A stretch of DNA of 64,000 nucleotides from Gammaproteobacteria bacterium (GCA_026197095.1 JAPHTF010000061.1:5418-69417), one strand, 5' to 3'. Positions 38,319 through 48,610 are shown, counted from the first letter of the stretch. Notes: generated by a model from the sequence alone, not told the origin. Program-made: numbers and translations.

Positions 38319-39644
38319 TTATCTTTTAATGAGTTTCATCATAATGCTGTTTTTACTGCGCAAGTTTACCTGGGGGTCTAACTCAACACCTTTTTCACCG
38401 GACAGATCAGGAACATACTCAAGTTTAAATTTTTTCGCCATGGTACCCAGGTGAATCTGCATTTCTACAATGCTAAAGTAATCACCAATACAGCGACGAG
38501 GTCCTGCTGAAAAGGGAATAAAGGCAAACTTATGACGTTTTTTAACTTCTTCTGCTGAAAAGCGATCAGGCTTAAAGCTTTCAGGTTCATCCCAAAAATC
38601 AGGATGACGATGTAAATAATACGGCGTGAAAAAGATATTAGTTCCAGCAGGAATATCATAGCCACAAATTTTATCATCAGCGATTGCTGTACGAGAATAT
38701 AACCACACAGGTGGGTACAGGCGTAATGCTTCTTCAATCACCTGGCGGCTAAAAGGTATATTGCCCACTTCTTCAAATGTTGGAATATCAGCGGCGATAT
38801 TATTATCAACTTCATCATGCAGTTTTTTCTCTTCTGCCGGATTTTGTGACAAGAGATACCAGGCCCAGTTTAATGTAGTGGCACCTGTTTCATGCCCTGC
38901 AATAATCATGGTCATAACTTCATCGATGATTTCTTTATCGCTCATACCCTCGCCGGTTTCTTTATCAATACCTTCCATAAAGGCTTCAAGAAAATCATCA
39001 TAACGCTTTGATGATTCACGGCGTTCATCCATGAGTTGTTGGACCAATATTTTTAAAGCACGGAACTTCATAACAAACTGAATATCTCGCGCTAAATCAT
39101 AAGTCAGAATTTGAAACGGGTTTTCGCCTTCCTGTGCAATCAGCTTATCCATGTCATCGCTGAACAAACAGCGCAGAATAATTTCCAGTGAGAGATCACT
39201 GGTTTCACTTGAAACGTCGATCACTTCATTGTTATCGGCTTTTTTCTGCCAGCTGTGTAATAAATCCTGGTTGGCCTTTTGCATTTTTTTGGCCAAACCA
39301 TCAATGCATTTGCGACTAAATGCCGGTTGAATCATGCGTCGTTGTCTACGCCAAAACGCGCCGTCACTGACAATGATACCGTTACCTAACAGCATTTTTA
39401 CTCGTTCAAAACCCGGACCTTTTTTATAATTTTCATGATTTTTAACCAGTATCGCCTTCACCGCATCCGGGTCGTTAATCAAAATGGTATTATTAGCGCG
39501 AGTCACCGGCTTAATTAGCGTAAAATTGCCATATTTCGCAATATAATCAGCAACGATTGGGAAGGATTCATCCGTGGTATTAATGTCATACGCTTTATCG
39601 GGTCCCGGTGGCAAATTCGGTAATTTGGCTTCTATTGAGGTCAT
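38319..39644 (-). CDS. Cytochrome P450
   Basis: Heme-Cys loop FSAGPRRCIGDYF, I-helix AGHETG, and EEALR (ExxR). Confidence 0.9.
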   Translation of the reverse strand: MTSIEAKLPNLPPGPDKAYDINTTDESFPIVADYIAKYGNFTLIKPVTRANNTILINDPDAVKAILVKNHENYKKGPGFERVKMLLGNGIIVSDGAFWRRQRRMIQPAFSRKCIDGLAKKMQKANQDLLHSWQKKADNNEVIDVSSETSDLSLEIILRCLFSDDMDKLIAQEGENPFQILTYDLARDIQFVMKFRALKILVQQLMDERRESSKRYDDFLEAFMEGIDKETGEGMSDKEIIDEVMTMIIAGHETGATTLNWAWYLLSQNPAEEKKLHDEVDNNIAADIPTFEEVGNIPFSRQVIEEALRLYPPVWLYSRTAIADDKICGYDIPAGTNIFFTPYYLHRHPDFWDEPESFKPDRFSAEEVKKRHKFAFIPFSAGPRRCIGDYFSIVEMQIHLGTMAKKFKLEYVPDLSGEKGVELDPQVNLRSKNSIMMKLIKR

Positions 39645-39666
39645 TTTTTGGGATAATTTGGATTAA

Positions 39667-40359
39667 ATGTCAGTATCGATACTATATTATAAAGTCACTC
39701 CGGAAAGAATAAGTTCAGCTCAACTATCTGAACAAATTGCAGCCTGGATCGCTGACGGGCTTGAAGAATTGCCTCCAGGAAAGCAGTTACGGATCAATAA
39801 ATTACATCAGCAAAACGATCGGGTATTATCCCTGGCGGGTCTGCGGTTACTCAAAATCGCCATGGCTGAGTTTTCAAATGTCCCCTTTTCTCTTTCTCAA
39901 GTTCAGTTCCCTGAACAGGCAAAACCTTTTATCCAAAGTCATATTGATTTTAATATTTCACACTCGGGGGATATTGTCTGTTGCATCGTATCCGATTCAA
40001 CAAAAGTGGGAATTGATATTGAAGTACAACGTGATGTTAAAGCCGCAACAATAAATAAATATTTAACTGAAACAACTCATTTATTTAAAGCACGTAACCC
40101 AGAAAAGAATAAACAGGAATTTTTTACCCTTTGGACAAAATATGAAGCCATTATTAAAGCGGCGAACCATGGTTCCATTTTCAACATGCACGATATTCAA
40201 CTCGAAAACAACGGCGGACATTATCAAAATCAGTTTTGGTATACCTATCCCGTTGATATAGTGTCTGGCGAAGATAATAAAGAATATACTTGTCACATTG
40301 CTTGCTCTGAAGACATAACGCCAGAAAAAATTAATCTCAGACAAATTCATGAATTATAA
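39667..40359 (+). CDS. 4'-phosphopantetheinyl transferase (Sfp-type)
   Basis: Motifs FNISHSGD, GIDIE and WTKYEAIIKA. Confidence 0.8.
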   Translation: MSVSILYYKVTPERISSAQLSEQIAAWIADGLEELPPGKQLRINKLHQQNDRVLSLAGLRLLKIAMAEFSNVPFSLSQVQFPEQAKPFIQSHIDFNISHSGDIVCCIVSDSTKVGIDIEVQRDVKAATINKYLTETTHLFKARNPEKNKQEFFTLWTKYEAIIKAANHGSIFNMHDIQLENNGGHYQNQFWYTYPVDIVSGEDNKEYTCHIACSEDITPEKINLRQIHEL

Positions 40360-40374
40360 AAAAGGTATTGAACC

Positions 40375-41058
40375 ATGCGTACGATGACATGGAAGCGGAA
40401 GCTCAGTTACGCCCTTATTCGTCCAATTATAAAACTCTTTCTCTCCACTTTTTGGTGGACTTGCAGAGTTGAAAAGATTATTGGCGACGAACATGCACAA
40501 AATCTAATAAAGAAAGGCGAACCCATTATTCCGTGTTACTGGCATCAGATGCATATCTTTGGTTCATGGTATATACGCAAGCTACAAAAGCGCGGTCTAA
40601 AACTCGGCTATCTTGTTAGCCCTTCTGTTGATGGTGAAGTCCCTGCAAAAATAATTGAGTCATGGGGCATTGTTGCTATTCGTGGCTCAAGTAATCGTAC
40701 TGGCGCAAAAGCATTAAAAGACATGTACAACCTGATTATGAAGGACAAGGTTTCACCGGTCACCACATCTGATGGCCCAACAGGTCCAATTCATGAATTT
40801 AAGCAAGGGGCAGTGATGCTGGCGCAGTTAACACAAAGCCCGATGTTACCTATTGCCTATGCAGCGGATCGTTATTGGCAAGCAAAATCATGGGATAAAT
40901 TTATTATACCCAAACCTTTTTCACGCATCGTCATTGCTGTGGGTGAACCACATTACATTGATAAAAAATCAAACGCTGAAAAAATAGAAGAAGAGCGATT
41001 AAAGATGGAAACGGATATGAATAACCTGATTGAAGTGGCTAAAGCAGGTTTAAATTAA
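40375..41058 (+). CDS. DUF374 / lysophospholipid-acyltransferase-like protein
   Basis: CYWHQMH...SPSVDGE...IRGSSNRTGAKALKDM pattern recalled for DUF374. Confidence 0.6.
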   Translation: MRTMTWKRKLSYALIRPIIKLFLSTFWWTCRVEKIIGDEHAQNLIKKGEPIIPCYWHQMHIFGSWYIRKLQKRGLKLGYLVSPSVDGEVPAKIIESWGIVAIRGSSNRTGAKALKDMYNLIMKDKVSPVTTSDGPTGPIHEFKQGAVMLAQLTQSPMLPIAYAADRYWQAKSWDKFIIPKPFSRIVIAVGEPHYIDKKSNAEKIEEERLKMETDMNNLIEVAKAGLN

Positions 41059-41080
41059 AATAAAATTAAAAATCTTAATA

Positions 41081-42649
41081 TTAACCTGCCAGTTCAGTAC
41101 GCACCTTCTCTAAGACATTTTTCATGTGCATAGAATCCTGTTGAATTTTAGTAAATTCATCAACAGTGAGTGGTTTACTAAACAGAAAACCCTGAATAGT
41201 CTTGCAACCTAAAGCATGCAAATACGCCAGTTCTTGTGCTGTCTCCACACCTTCGGCAACGACATCTAAACGTAAGCTATGTGACAACGCCATAATAGCG
41301 GTCACTATCGCTGCATTATCGCCACCGCTTCTGTCCTGAACATTGGTGATAAAGGAGCGATCAATTTTCAGAGTATCAATAGGAAATTTTTTAAGATAAC
41401 TTAACGAAGAATAGCCCGTGCCAAAGTCATCAATAGAAATAGATACGCCCATTTTCTTAATTTCATGCAGGACATCAATATTCTTCATGACATCATTCAT
41501 TAAACAACTTTCAGTTAGCTCAACTTCAAGATATTCTGATGCAAGGCCGGTTTCTTTTAAGGCCAGTTCAACTCTTTCTATAAAATCACCCTGGCTAAAT
41601 TGCACACTTGAAACATTCACTGAAACGCGCAGAGGCTCCAGGCCCTGATCTTGCCAGAGCTTATTTAGTCGGCATGATTCATGTAATACCCAGTCACCAA
41701 CATCCACAATCATTCCGCTTTCTTCTAACAGTGGAATAAACTCAAGCGGTGAAACCAGGCCACGTTCAGGATGAAGCCAGCGAATCAATGCTTCCATACC
41801 TTTAATATTACCGGTAGCTGCATCGACTTTGGGCTGAAAATATAAACAAAACTCACCCTGGTCTAGCGCCTTGCGTAAATCATATTCCTCACTCAGACGT
41901 TTTGTATTATCAATATTCATCTCGCTATTATAATAACGATAACCATTGCCACCGGCTTTCTTAACATTGCCCAATGCTAACGCTGCGTATTGATTTAACT
42001 CATCTGCACTGCCTTCATCAGTAGGATAAACACAAATGCCATAACTGGTATTAAGAACAATATTTTCATCTTTAATAATAAAAGGCTCTTGCATCCCTTT
42101 TATAATACGTTGCAGTGCACGATCAACTTCATCTTCGTGCTCAATAAGGCTCATTATTAAACCAAACGCACTCCCACCCAGCCGGGCAACGGTATCACTC
42201 TCTCTGACTAAGTCGCGTAAACGAGTTGCGATATCGATAATTAAAGTATCACCTTTTTTATAACCATAATGCCGGTTTATCTCTGAGAATTTATCAACAT
42301 CTAAATTTATCACTGCCAATGCTTTTTTATGCCTTTTTGACACCGCATAGGCGTATTCAAGGTGATCGATAAAGAGCGTGTGATTGGGCAGGTGAGTCAA
42401 TGAATCATGCAAAAGTTCATTTGATTTCGAGGCTATTGAGCCTGATTTTTTTTGTGAAATAAAACTCAATAAAGAGGAAGCGGCCAGTAGCAAAAAGGCC
42501 ACAACATAAAAAACAGCCGGGATAACAACATACCCCAGCATCTGTAATCCACTCAGTAGCACTATCAAGAGTGATAGGAGTAGCAACAGGAATACAAATT
42601 GGTTTGATTGATAAAACTTAGCTTTTTGAGGTTTCAATATGAAGTCCAA
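41081..42649 (-). CDS. Membrane-anchored GGDEF-EAL protein (degenerate GGDEF, intact EAL; likely c-di-GMP phosphodiesterase)
   Basis: Two N-terminal TM helices. RESD-x5-GGSAF (I-site present, A-site degenerate). EAL motifs EALIRW, DDFGTGYSSL and KIDRSF. Confidence 0.85.
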   Translation of the reverse strand: MDFILKPQKAKFYQSNQFVFLLLLLSLLIVLLSGLQMLGYVVIPAVFYVVAFLLLAASSLLSFISQKKSGSIASKSNELLHDSLTHLPNHTLFIDHLEYAYAVSKRHKKALAVINLDVDKFSEINRHYGYKKGDTLIIDIATRLRDLVRESDTVARLGGSAFGLIMSLIEHEDEVDRALQRIIKGMQEPFIIKDENIVLNTSYGICVYPTDEGSADELNQYAALALGNVKKAGGNGYRYYNSEMNIDNTKRLSEEYDLRKALDQGEFCLYFQPKVDAATGNIKGMEALIRWLHPERGLVSPLEFIPLLEESGMIVDVGDWVLHESCRLNKLWQDQGLEPLRVSVNVSSVQFSQGDFIERVELALKETGLASEYLEVELTESCLMNDVMKNIDVLHEIKKMGVSISIDDFGTGYSSLSYLKKFPIDTLKIDRSFITNVQDRSGGDNAAIVTAIMALSHSLRLDVVAEGVETAQELAYLHALGCKTIQGFLFSKPLTVDEFTKIQQDSMHMKNVLEKVRTELAG

Positions 42650-42791
42650 TATTACCTGTTCACCTAACGAATTCTAACAAGGTTAATATCGGTAGCTAAT
42701 GTAATACCTTTAATATTATTTTGAAAGAATATTAGAAAATCAGCCAGGAGAACAGAAACTGGAACCCTGTAAGCTATTGATATTGTTTAAA

Positions 42792-43298
42792 TTAAATAAC
42801 TTCAGCTTGAGGTAAGTGCTCGCCCAAAAGATGGAAAAGCTCAGCACGATCGACAGGTTTAGGTAAAAAACCATTGGCACCTACGCGTAAGCCCCAAAAT
42901 TTTTCCGTTGCCTGCTCATTACCGCTAATAATGATGATCGGAATTGCTTTTGTAAGCTCTTCTTTACGCAAAATGCGGGTTGCCTGAAAGCCATTTAGCC
43001 CTGGCATAATAACATCCATTAAAATCAAATCTGGCTGATGAATTTTAGCCATTTCAATGCCTTCTTCACCATTTGCGGCGCTAATAATGCTGTAACCGGT
43101 TGGCTCTAATACCCTGGACAAAACAGCAATAGCTGTACGTGAGTCATCAACAATGAGAATCGTTGCAGTATCTGGTAATTTTATTCGCTCTTCACCACGT
43201 CGATCTGCATCAGGTCGATCTGCACCAGGTCGATCCGTAGCACGGTTCTCCTGACTATTCTGGTTGTAACCAAAAATTGATTTCAGATTAAATGCCAT
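42792..43298 (-). CDS. Single-domain CheY-like response regulator with a repeat-containing N-terminal extension
   Basis: Receiver motifs LIVDDS, LILMDVIMPG and FLPKP. ATG 43298 (MAFNLK) is preferred over the ORF-track start 43406. Confidence 0.8.
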   Translation of the reverse strand: MAFNLKSIFGYNQNSQENRATDRPGADRPDADRRGEERIKLPDTATILIVDDSRTAIAVLSRVLEPTGYSIISAANGEEGIEMAKIHQPDLILMDVIMPGLNGFQATRILRKEELTKAIPIIIISGNEQATEKFWGLRVGANGFLPKPVDRAELFHLLGEHLPQAEVI

Positions 43299-43423
43299 GT
43301 TTATTCCATGAAATGAGAAAAGTGGCGGTATTTTATCGCATATTTCAAAAACAGCAAGAAAAGTCCTTTTCTTAAAAAATCCGGATATACATAAGTTAAT
43401 TTTCAATTTACTATTTCATCACT

Positions 43424-44689
43424 ATGAATACTTCCAGCAGATTACTACTTCATATTCTTATTACTTTTTTCACCTCAAGCATATTTGTTTCTCAAATATG
43501 CCTGGCTGAGAATGACATCATTGTTCCGGTTTCTTCGGGGGATGAAATTACAATAGAACAATACCCCGCCTCTGGAAAATATTTGATGCTATGGATAGCT
43601 CCTGAATACGGCTTACGTGGCGCCCATCGGGCATTAGCCAAAATGTTAAGCGAGCAAAACATTGAAGTTTGGCAGGCTGATATTGTGCAATCACTTTTTA
43701 TGCAGCAAGGCGCAACTTCAATAAGAAAACTCGATGGTAAGCTTGTTGCAGACATCATTGAATATGCACATAAACTCACAGGGAAAAAAGTCATTATTAG
43801 CGGTGACTCCTACTCAACTATCAGCGCCTTACAAGGTGCACACCAATGGCAACAACGCAAACAAACTAATTCTTATTTAATAGGAGCGATTCTTTTTTCA
43901 CCTTACACCTACACCACTATTCCACCACTGGGTCAATTGCCCGAGTACATGCCAATTGTTTCTGCAACCAATATCCCGCTCATGATTTACCAGGGAAAAA
44001 ACAATGGCAATATTGGTCAGTTCGATTCACTGCTGGAAAAATTACAACAACATGGCAACCCGGTATATACCCGGCTAACGCCAAAAGAAATCAGTTTATT
44101 CTATGAAGAGAAACCACCTAAAGAAATGCTGCAGCAGATGAAACCTTTATCTAACAGCATTAAAAACATGATTACAGCGCTGGAAAAACATAACGTGCCT
44201 GCTGAGCCAATCAAACTTGCTCAGTTCAAAGAAAATAAATCAGGCATTGATACCCGCCTGAAAATTTATAGTGGTAGTGCCACCCCTTTAGCTATCCATC
44301 TCGAAAATTCACACGGTGAAACAGTGAGCAAAAATAATTATAAGGGCCAGGTCACTGTTATTAATTTCTGGGCAACCTGGTGTCGACCATGCGTAGAAGA
44401 GATTCCGTCGCTTAATCGCTTAAAACAAAAAATGGCCGGCCTGCCTTTTGAACTCATTTCAATTAATTATGCCGAGGATAAAAAAACCATTCTTGAATTT
44501 ATGAGAATGGTGAAAGTAGAATTTCCTGTTCTGCTAGATCAAGAAGGTAACTTTGCAAAACAATGGAATGTCATCGCTTATCCGTCTACTTTTGTCATCG
44601 ATAAAAATGGAAAAATTCAATATGGTGTTAATGCGGCTATTGAATGGGATGACCCTGAACTTATCAAACAACTAAAAACATTACTCTAA
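43424..44689 (+). CDS. Secreted protein with a C-terminal TlpA/ResA-like thioredoxin domain
   Basis: Signal peptide, WATWCRPC active site, and an N-terminal ~270-aa domain of unclear fold. Confidence 0.75.
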   Translation: MNTSSRLLLHILITFFTSSIFVSQICLAENDIIVPVSSGDEITIEQYPASGKYLMLWIAPEYGLRGAHRALAKMLSEQNIEVWQADIVQSLFMQQGATSIRKLDGKLVADIIEYAHKLTGKKVIISGDSYSTISALQGAHQWQQRKQTNSYLIGAILFSPYTYTTIPPLGQLPEYMPIVSATNIPLMIYQGKNNGNIGQFDSLLEKLQQHGNPVYTRLTPKEISLFYEEKPPKEMLQQMKPLSNSIKNMITALEKHNVPAEPIKLAQFKENKSGIDTRLKIYSGSATPLAIHLENSHGETVSKNNYKGQVTVINFWATWCRPCVEEIPSLNRLKQKMAGLPFELISINYAEDKKTILEFMRMVKVEFPVLLDQEGNFAKQWNVIAYPSTFVIDKNGKIQYGVNAAIEWDDPELIKQLKTLL

Positions 44690-44708
44690 AAATCAGGATA
44701 AACAAAAT

Positions 44709-45134
44709 ATGTTTCTGGTCATTCTAGTAAATATCTCAATTATCACGCTAGCCGTTCTTATTCATTATGAATTTCTATATCGCATAACAACACTCATTCC
44801 TAAAATGAAAATAAAACATCGTTTTAGAATTGTTGCCGGTGTTTTTGGTGCACTCATTGCCCACACAATTGAGATATGGATTTTTGCCACCGCATATTAT
44901 TTTCTTCCTCATATTGAAGGCTGGGGAAGTATGACAGGTGAATTTAATGGCTCATTTATGGATTGTGTTTACTTCTCATACACGACATTTACCACGTTAG
45001 GATTTGGCGATATTCAGCCACATGGATTGATTCGGCACCTGGTGGGTATTGAATCATTAACCGGTCTGCTGTTAATCACATGGACAGCTTCATTTTTATA
45101 TTTTGAAATGCAGCGATATTGGGATCACCGCTAA
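44709..45134 (+). CDS. Small two/three-TM ion-channel protein (K+-channel-like pore)
   Basis: Selectivity-filter-like TTLGFGD between hydrophobic helices. Confidence 0.7.
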   Translation: MFLVILVNISIITLAVLIHYEFLYRITTLIPKMKIKHRFRIVAGVFGALIAHTIEIWIFATAYYFLPHIEGWGSMTGEFNGSFMDCVYFSYTTFTTLGFGDIQPHGLIRHLVGIESLTGLLLITWTASFLYFEMQRYWDHR

Positions 45135-45213
45135 GCTGACCTGATCTAGCCTCGTCTGGGTTTCGGTTATTATTTAAGCTAAACTCAATAATCATCACAT
45201 TGATAATAAAGAG

Positions 45214-45852
45214 ATGCACACTATGCCTACATTTATGAAACACATTTTTATACTGACTTCTATTACGCTTATTACTTCTGCTTGTTCAACCATGAATAAG
45301 AACGAATGTTTAAATGCAGACTGGCGAACCATTGGTTATGGTGATGGTGCAAGAGGTTATAAAGCCTCAAGAATTAGTGAACACCGTTCAGCCTGCGCCG
45401 AATATGGTGTGCGCCCAGATCTCAATGCATACAACGGCGGCCGCGAAGAGGGTTTAGGTAAATACTGCACACCAACCACAGGTTACAACAAAGGTCTTTC
45501 TGGTTATCGTTATAACGGTGTATGTGCAGGACACAACGAAAGAGATTTTGTTGCAGCATTAAACTATGGCCTGACGATTTATAAGGAAGTAAGCACGTTA
45601 AATAATTTAAAAAGCCAATATCAAAAAGAAGTTAAATATATTCAGAGCCTGGAAAATGAACTTCGCCTTAAAGAAGATCAAATTGTCAGCGGCCGGTTAT
45701 CAAAAGTAAAAGCCGTTATTTTACTCAATGAAACAAAAGAAATTGCTGAAGAATTAGGTAAAGCAAAAAGCAACCTGAATAATTTAGATTATGATATTAA
45801 TAATCAAGCTCGTCGTGTAGCGGATATGAAAAACCAGGGTGGATATCGCTAG
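45214..45852 (+). CDS. DUF2799-like lipoprotein
   Basis: Lipobox ITSAC. Cys-containing NADWRTIGYGDGARGY repeat pattern. C-terminal coiled coil. Confidence 0.6.
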   Translation: MHTMPTFMKHIFILTSITLITSACSTMNKNECLNADWRTIGYGDGARGYKASRISEHRSACAEYGVRPDLNAYNGGREEGLGKYCTPTTGYNKGLSGYRYNGVCAGHNERDFVAALNYGLTIYKEVSTLNNLKSQYQKEVKYIQSLENELRLKEDQIVSGRLSKVKAVILLNETKEIAEELGKAKSNLNNLDYDINNQARRVADMKNQGGYR

Positions 45853-45875
45853 CAACAGACTTAGTGAGTAACGAT

Positions 45876-45926
45876 AATGCCAGAGCTTATTTTCATATTA
45901 TATATTTCAGCCCTGGCATTTTTATT
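45876..45926. terminator. Possible terminator hairpin (AATGCCAG ... CTGGCATT + T-run)
   Basis: 8-bp stem with a long (~29 nt) loop followed by TTTTATT, between convergent genes. Confidence 0.3.
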
Positions 45927-45930
45927 GTGA

Positions 45931-46719
45931 TTAATGAAATAGGTTAGTTAAAAAACCTTTCATTTCTTGCCATGATTTTTTATCTGCTTCTTCATTATAA
46001 GCTAAAGGTATTTTAAACTTAGCCCCTAACTCATCTGCATCAGGGTTGGTAAATGCATGCTTCGCATTCGGGTAGTTTATAAATTTATAATCAACTTTTG
46101 CTGCCTGCATTTCTTTTTTAAATGCGGTAATACTTTCTGCTTTAACAAAAGGATCCGCAGCACCATTAAGCACTAACACTTTTGCCTTCACCTTTCCTTT
46201 TTTAGCCGCATCTTTTGTTCCTAAGCTTCCATGAAAACTGACCACACCATCAAGATCAACTCCACGTCGTGCCATTTCAAGAACAATACCACCACCGAAA
46301 CAATAACCAATCGCGGCTATTTTATCTTTGGCAACGTGTTCTTGTTTTTGCAGAACATTATAGGCTGCCATAAATCGTTTTTCGGCTACTGCCATATTCT
46401 TTTTTACTTCGCCAGAGAACATACCCGCATCTTTCGGATGAGAAGCGTTTTTACCGTCACCATACATATCAAGTGCAATTGCGCTATATCCTAACTCAGC
46501 TAACATGCGCGCACGTTTTTTTGCATAGTCGTTATGTCCCCACCATTCATGTACAACGATAATGCCAGGTTGCTTGCCCTTAATACTACTATCAGACGCA
46601 AGGTAACCAATCATGTTAATATCGCCATCACTATAATTAAACTCCTGGGTTATTATTTCAGCTTGTAATGCAGCAGGTAATAACAAAACTGCAAGTAGAG
46701 AGAGTTTTAAATATTTCAT
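45931..46719 (-). CDS. Dienelactone hydrolase family protein (secreted)
   Basis: Signal peptide, HEWWG, and nucleophile motif GYCFGG. Confidence 0.8.
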   Translation of the reverse strand: MKYLKLSLLAVLLLPAALQAEIITQEFNYSDGDINMIGYLASDSSIKGKQPGIIVVHEWWGHNDYAKKRARMLAELGYSAIALDMYGDGKNASHPKDAGMFSGEVKKNMAVAEKRFMAAYNVLQKQEHVAKDKIAAIGYCFGGGIVLEMARRGVDLDGVVSFHGSLGTKDAAKKGKVKAKVLVLNGAADPFVKAESITAFKKEMQAAKVDYKFINYPNAKHAFTNPDADELGAKFKIPLAYNEEADKKSWQEMKGFLTNLFH

Positions 46720-46859
46720 TTTGCCCCCCTTATTTCAAAGGTTATTTATGTGAGTTTATTTTTTATAATATAGCGTTAGATATAAAAAACTATATTAAGT
46801 ATATGTTAGTATTTTCTTACTTACTTGTCTTTTTTATCATTACTCAAACACGGTTAATC

Positions 46860-47762
46860 ATGAATATATTAATTACAGGGGCAACGGGGTTAATTGGTTC
46901 CGCATTACAAATTTCACTTACTAATGCAGGGCATACTCTTTATAAGATGGATCGTAGTCGTCAATCCACAAGCCCATTTAACTGGTATCCACCAGAAAAT
47001 ATCATTAATTTTGATGAGTCAAAAGACATTCATGCAGTCATTAATTTAGCGGGCTCTAACATATCGAATGGCCGCTGGAGCGAAAAAAAGAAAAAAGAGA
47101 TTTATGAAAGCCGAATTAAATCAACTAAATTATTATCAGAAACATTGTCAAAATTAAACTCACCGCCTGATATATTTATTTCAGCATCGGCTATCGGATT
47201 TTACGGAGATACTGAAAATAATGAAGTGAGTGAAGAAGAACCGGCGGGCAATGATTTTTTAGCAACCGTTGCTGAAAATTGGGAACAGGCTACATCTGTT
47301 GCTGCTAATGCGGGTATTCGCACTGTAAATATCAGAACAGGAATTGTATTAAGTACTCAAGGGGGTGCGCTCAAACAAATGCTTTTACCCTTTAAGCTTG
47401 GCCTTGGAGGCATCATCGGTAATGGTAAGCAATATATGAGTTGGGTAAGCATTAATGACGTCACACGCATAATAGAATTTATTTTAAACACAGATTCTAT
47501 CAAAGGACCGGTTAATATGGTTGCACCTGCAGCTGTTACTAATTATGAATTCACAAAATCGCTTGGCACTGCATTAAAAAGACCCACCCTGTTTCCTCTG
47601 CCTAAAATAGGGGTGCGTATAATTTTCGGTGAAATGGGTGATGCCTTGTTACTTACAAGCATTCGCGTTACACCTCAAAAGTTACTTAGCCACGGTTATC
47701 ACTTTACCAATCATAATCTATTAGAAACCTTAAATTCCTTGCTTAAGAACAAAACTGACTAG
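46860..47762 (+). CDS. TIGR01777 (YfcH-like) NAD-dependent epimerase/dehydratase family protein
   Basis: Rossmann motif ITGATGLIGSAL at ATG 46860. The upstream part of the track ORF is non-coding-like. Confidence 0.75.
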   Translation: MNILITGATGLIGSALQISLTNAGHTLYKMDRSRQSTSPFNWYPPENIINFDESKDIHAVINLAGSNISNGRWSEKKKKEIYESRIKSTKLLSETLSKLNSPPDIFISASAIGFYGDTENNEVSEEEPAGNDFLATVAENWEQATSVAANAGIRTVNIRTGIVLSTQGGALKQMLLPFKLGLGGIIGNGKQYMSWVSINDVTRIIEFILNTDSIKGPVNMVAPAAVTNYEFTKSLGTALKRPTLFPLPKIGVRIIFGEMGDALLLTSIRVTPQKLLSHGYHFTNHNLLETLNSLLKNKTD

Positions 47763-47784
47763 TTTTATATATTCATCTGATAAG

Positions 47785-48483
47785 TTAGATTCCCCATGCA
47801 TCTAATTCACTTAATGATGTTGATTCAATTAGATACCTGACATTATTAGCTAAAGATAACTGTTGTATTGTACTCAATAGCCCTTTCATAGATAACGAGT
47901 TAAGCTCCTTACCCGATATTGAAGTGTATTTAGATACATACCCCCACAGATGTAGCAATGTGTTTTCTATCAGTTTCGCTTCTGGAGGATTACGCAAAAG
48001 CAATGTTAACTCTAACGCAACCTTGCTTAGATCTTTTGAACCATTTTTTGATGTTACCCACCTGCCAATATCTTTGTATGCTTGAATATCGCGGGCCATA
48101 ACTGAATACTTATGCTGAGCCCAAATATGTTGTGCATTTTTGGGCAACGGTATTCTCCCACCCTCAAGTGTCTTATACTTTCTTCTAAGAATCAGAATTT
48201 GATTTACTGGCGAGTCTATATAACTCTCCGGCCAGACTTCAGGTTTTGTTCTTAATAAAACAGGCGTTTTATCTATATAGCCTCGAAGATTCATCTCAGA
48301 AGCTAACAATTTATGCCGCTGTTTAAGCGCCCATCCATAGCCAACCCATCGCAGTGTTTCCGGATGTTTAGAATATCCTTTTTTGTTATTGCGTATAATA
48401 GAAACAATACCATGTAGTTCACGGTGCTCGCCTAAGAGACTTTGTCTATTTAAATAACCTGGATTTATATCCCAAATTCTCAT
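47785..48483 (-). CDS. Pyrimidine-dimer DNA glycosylase family protein
   Basis: The N-terminus MRIWDINPGYLNRQSLLGEHRELHGI...KGYSKHPETLRW is typical of the family. Confidence 0.65.
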   Translation of the reverse strand: MRIWDINPGYLNRQSLLGEHRELHGIVSIIRNNKKGYSKHPETLRWVGYGWALKQRHKLLASEMNLRGYIDKTPVLLRTKPEVWPESYIDSPVNQILILRRKYKTLEGGRIPLPKNAQHIWAQHKYSVMARDIQAYKDIGRWVTSKNGSKDLSKVALELTLLLRNPPEAKLIENTLLHLWGYVSKYTSISGKELNSLSMKGLLSTIQQLSLANNVRYLIESTSLSELDAWGI

Positions 48484-48610
48484 ACAACCTCTATTTCTGT
48501 GACGTTAAGTTAACCTGTTTTCATTCAGAGAAAAATATCAGCGCGCTAACTATAAAGCAGTTACTATAAATCCAATTTTAGTATGTGGTAAGTTTACATT
48601 TACCAATTAA

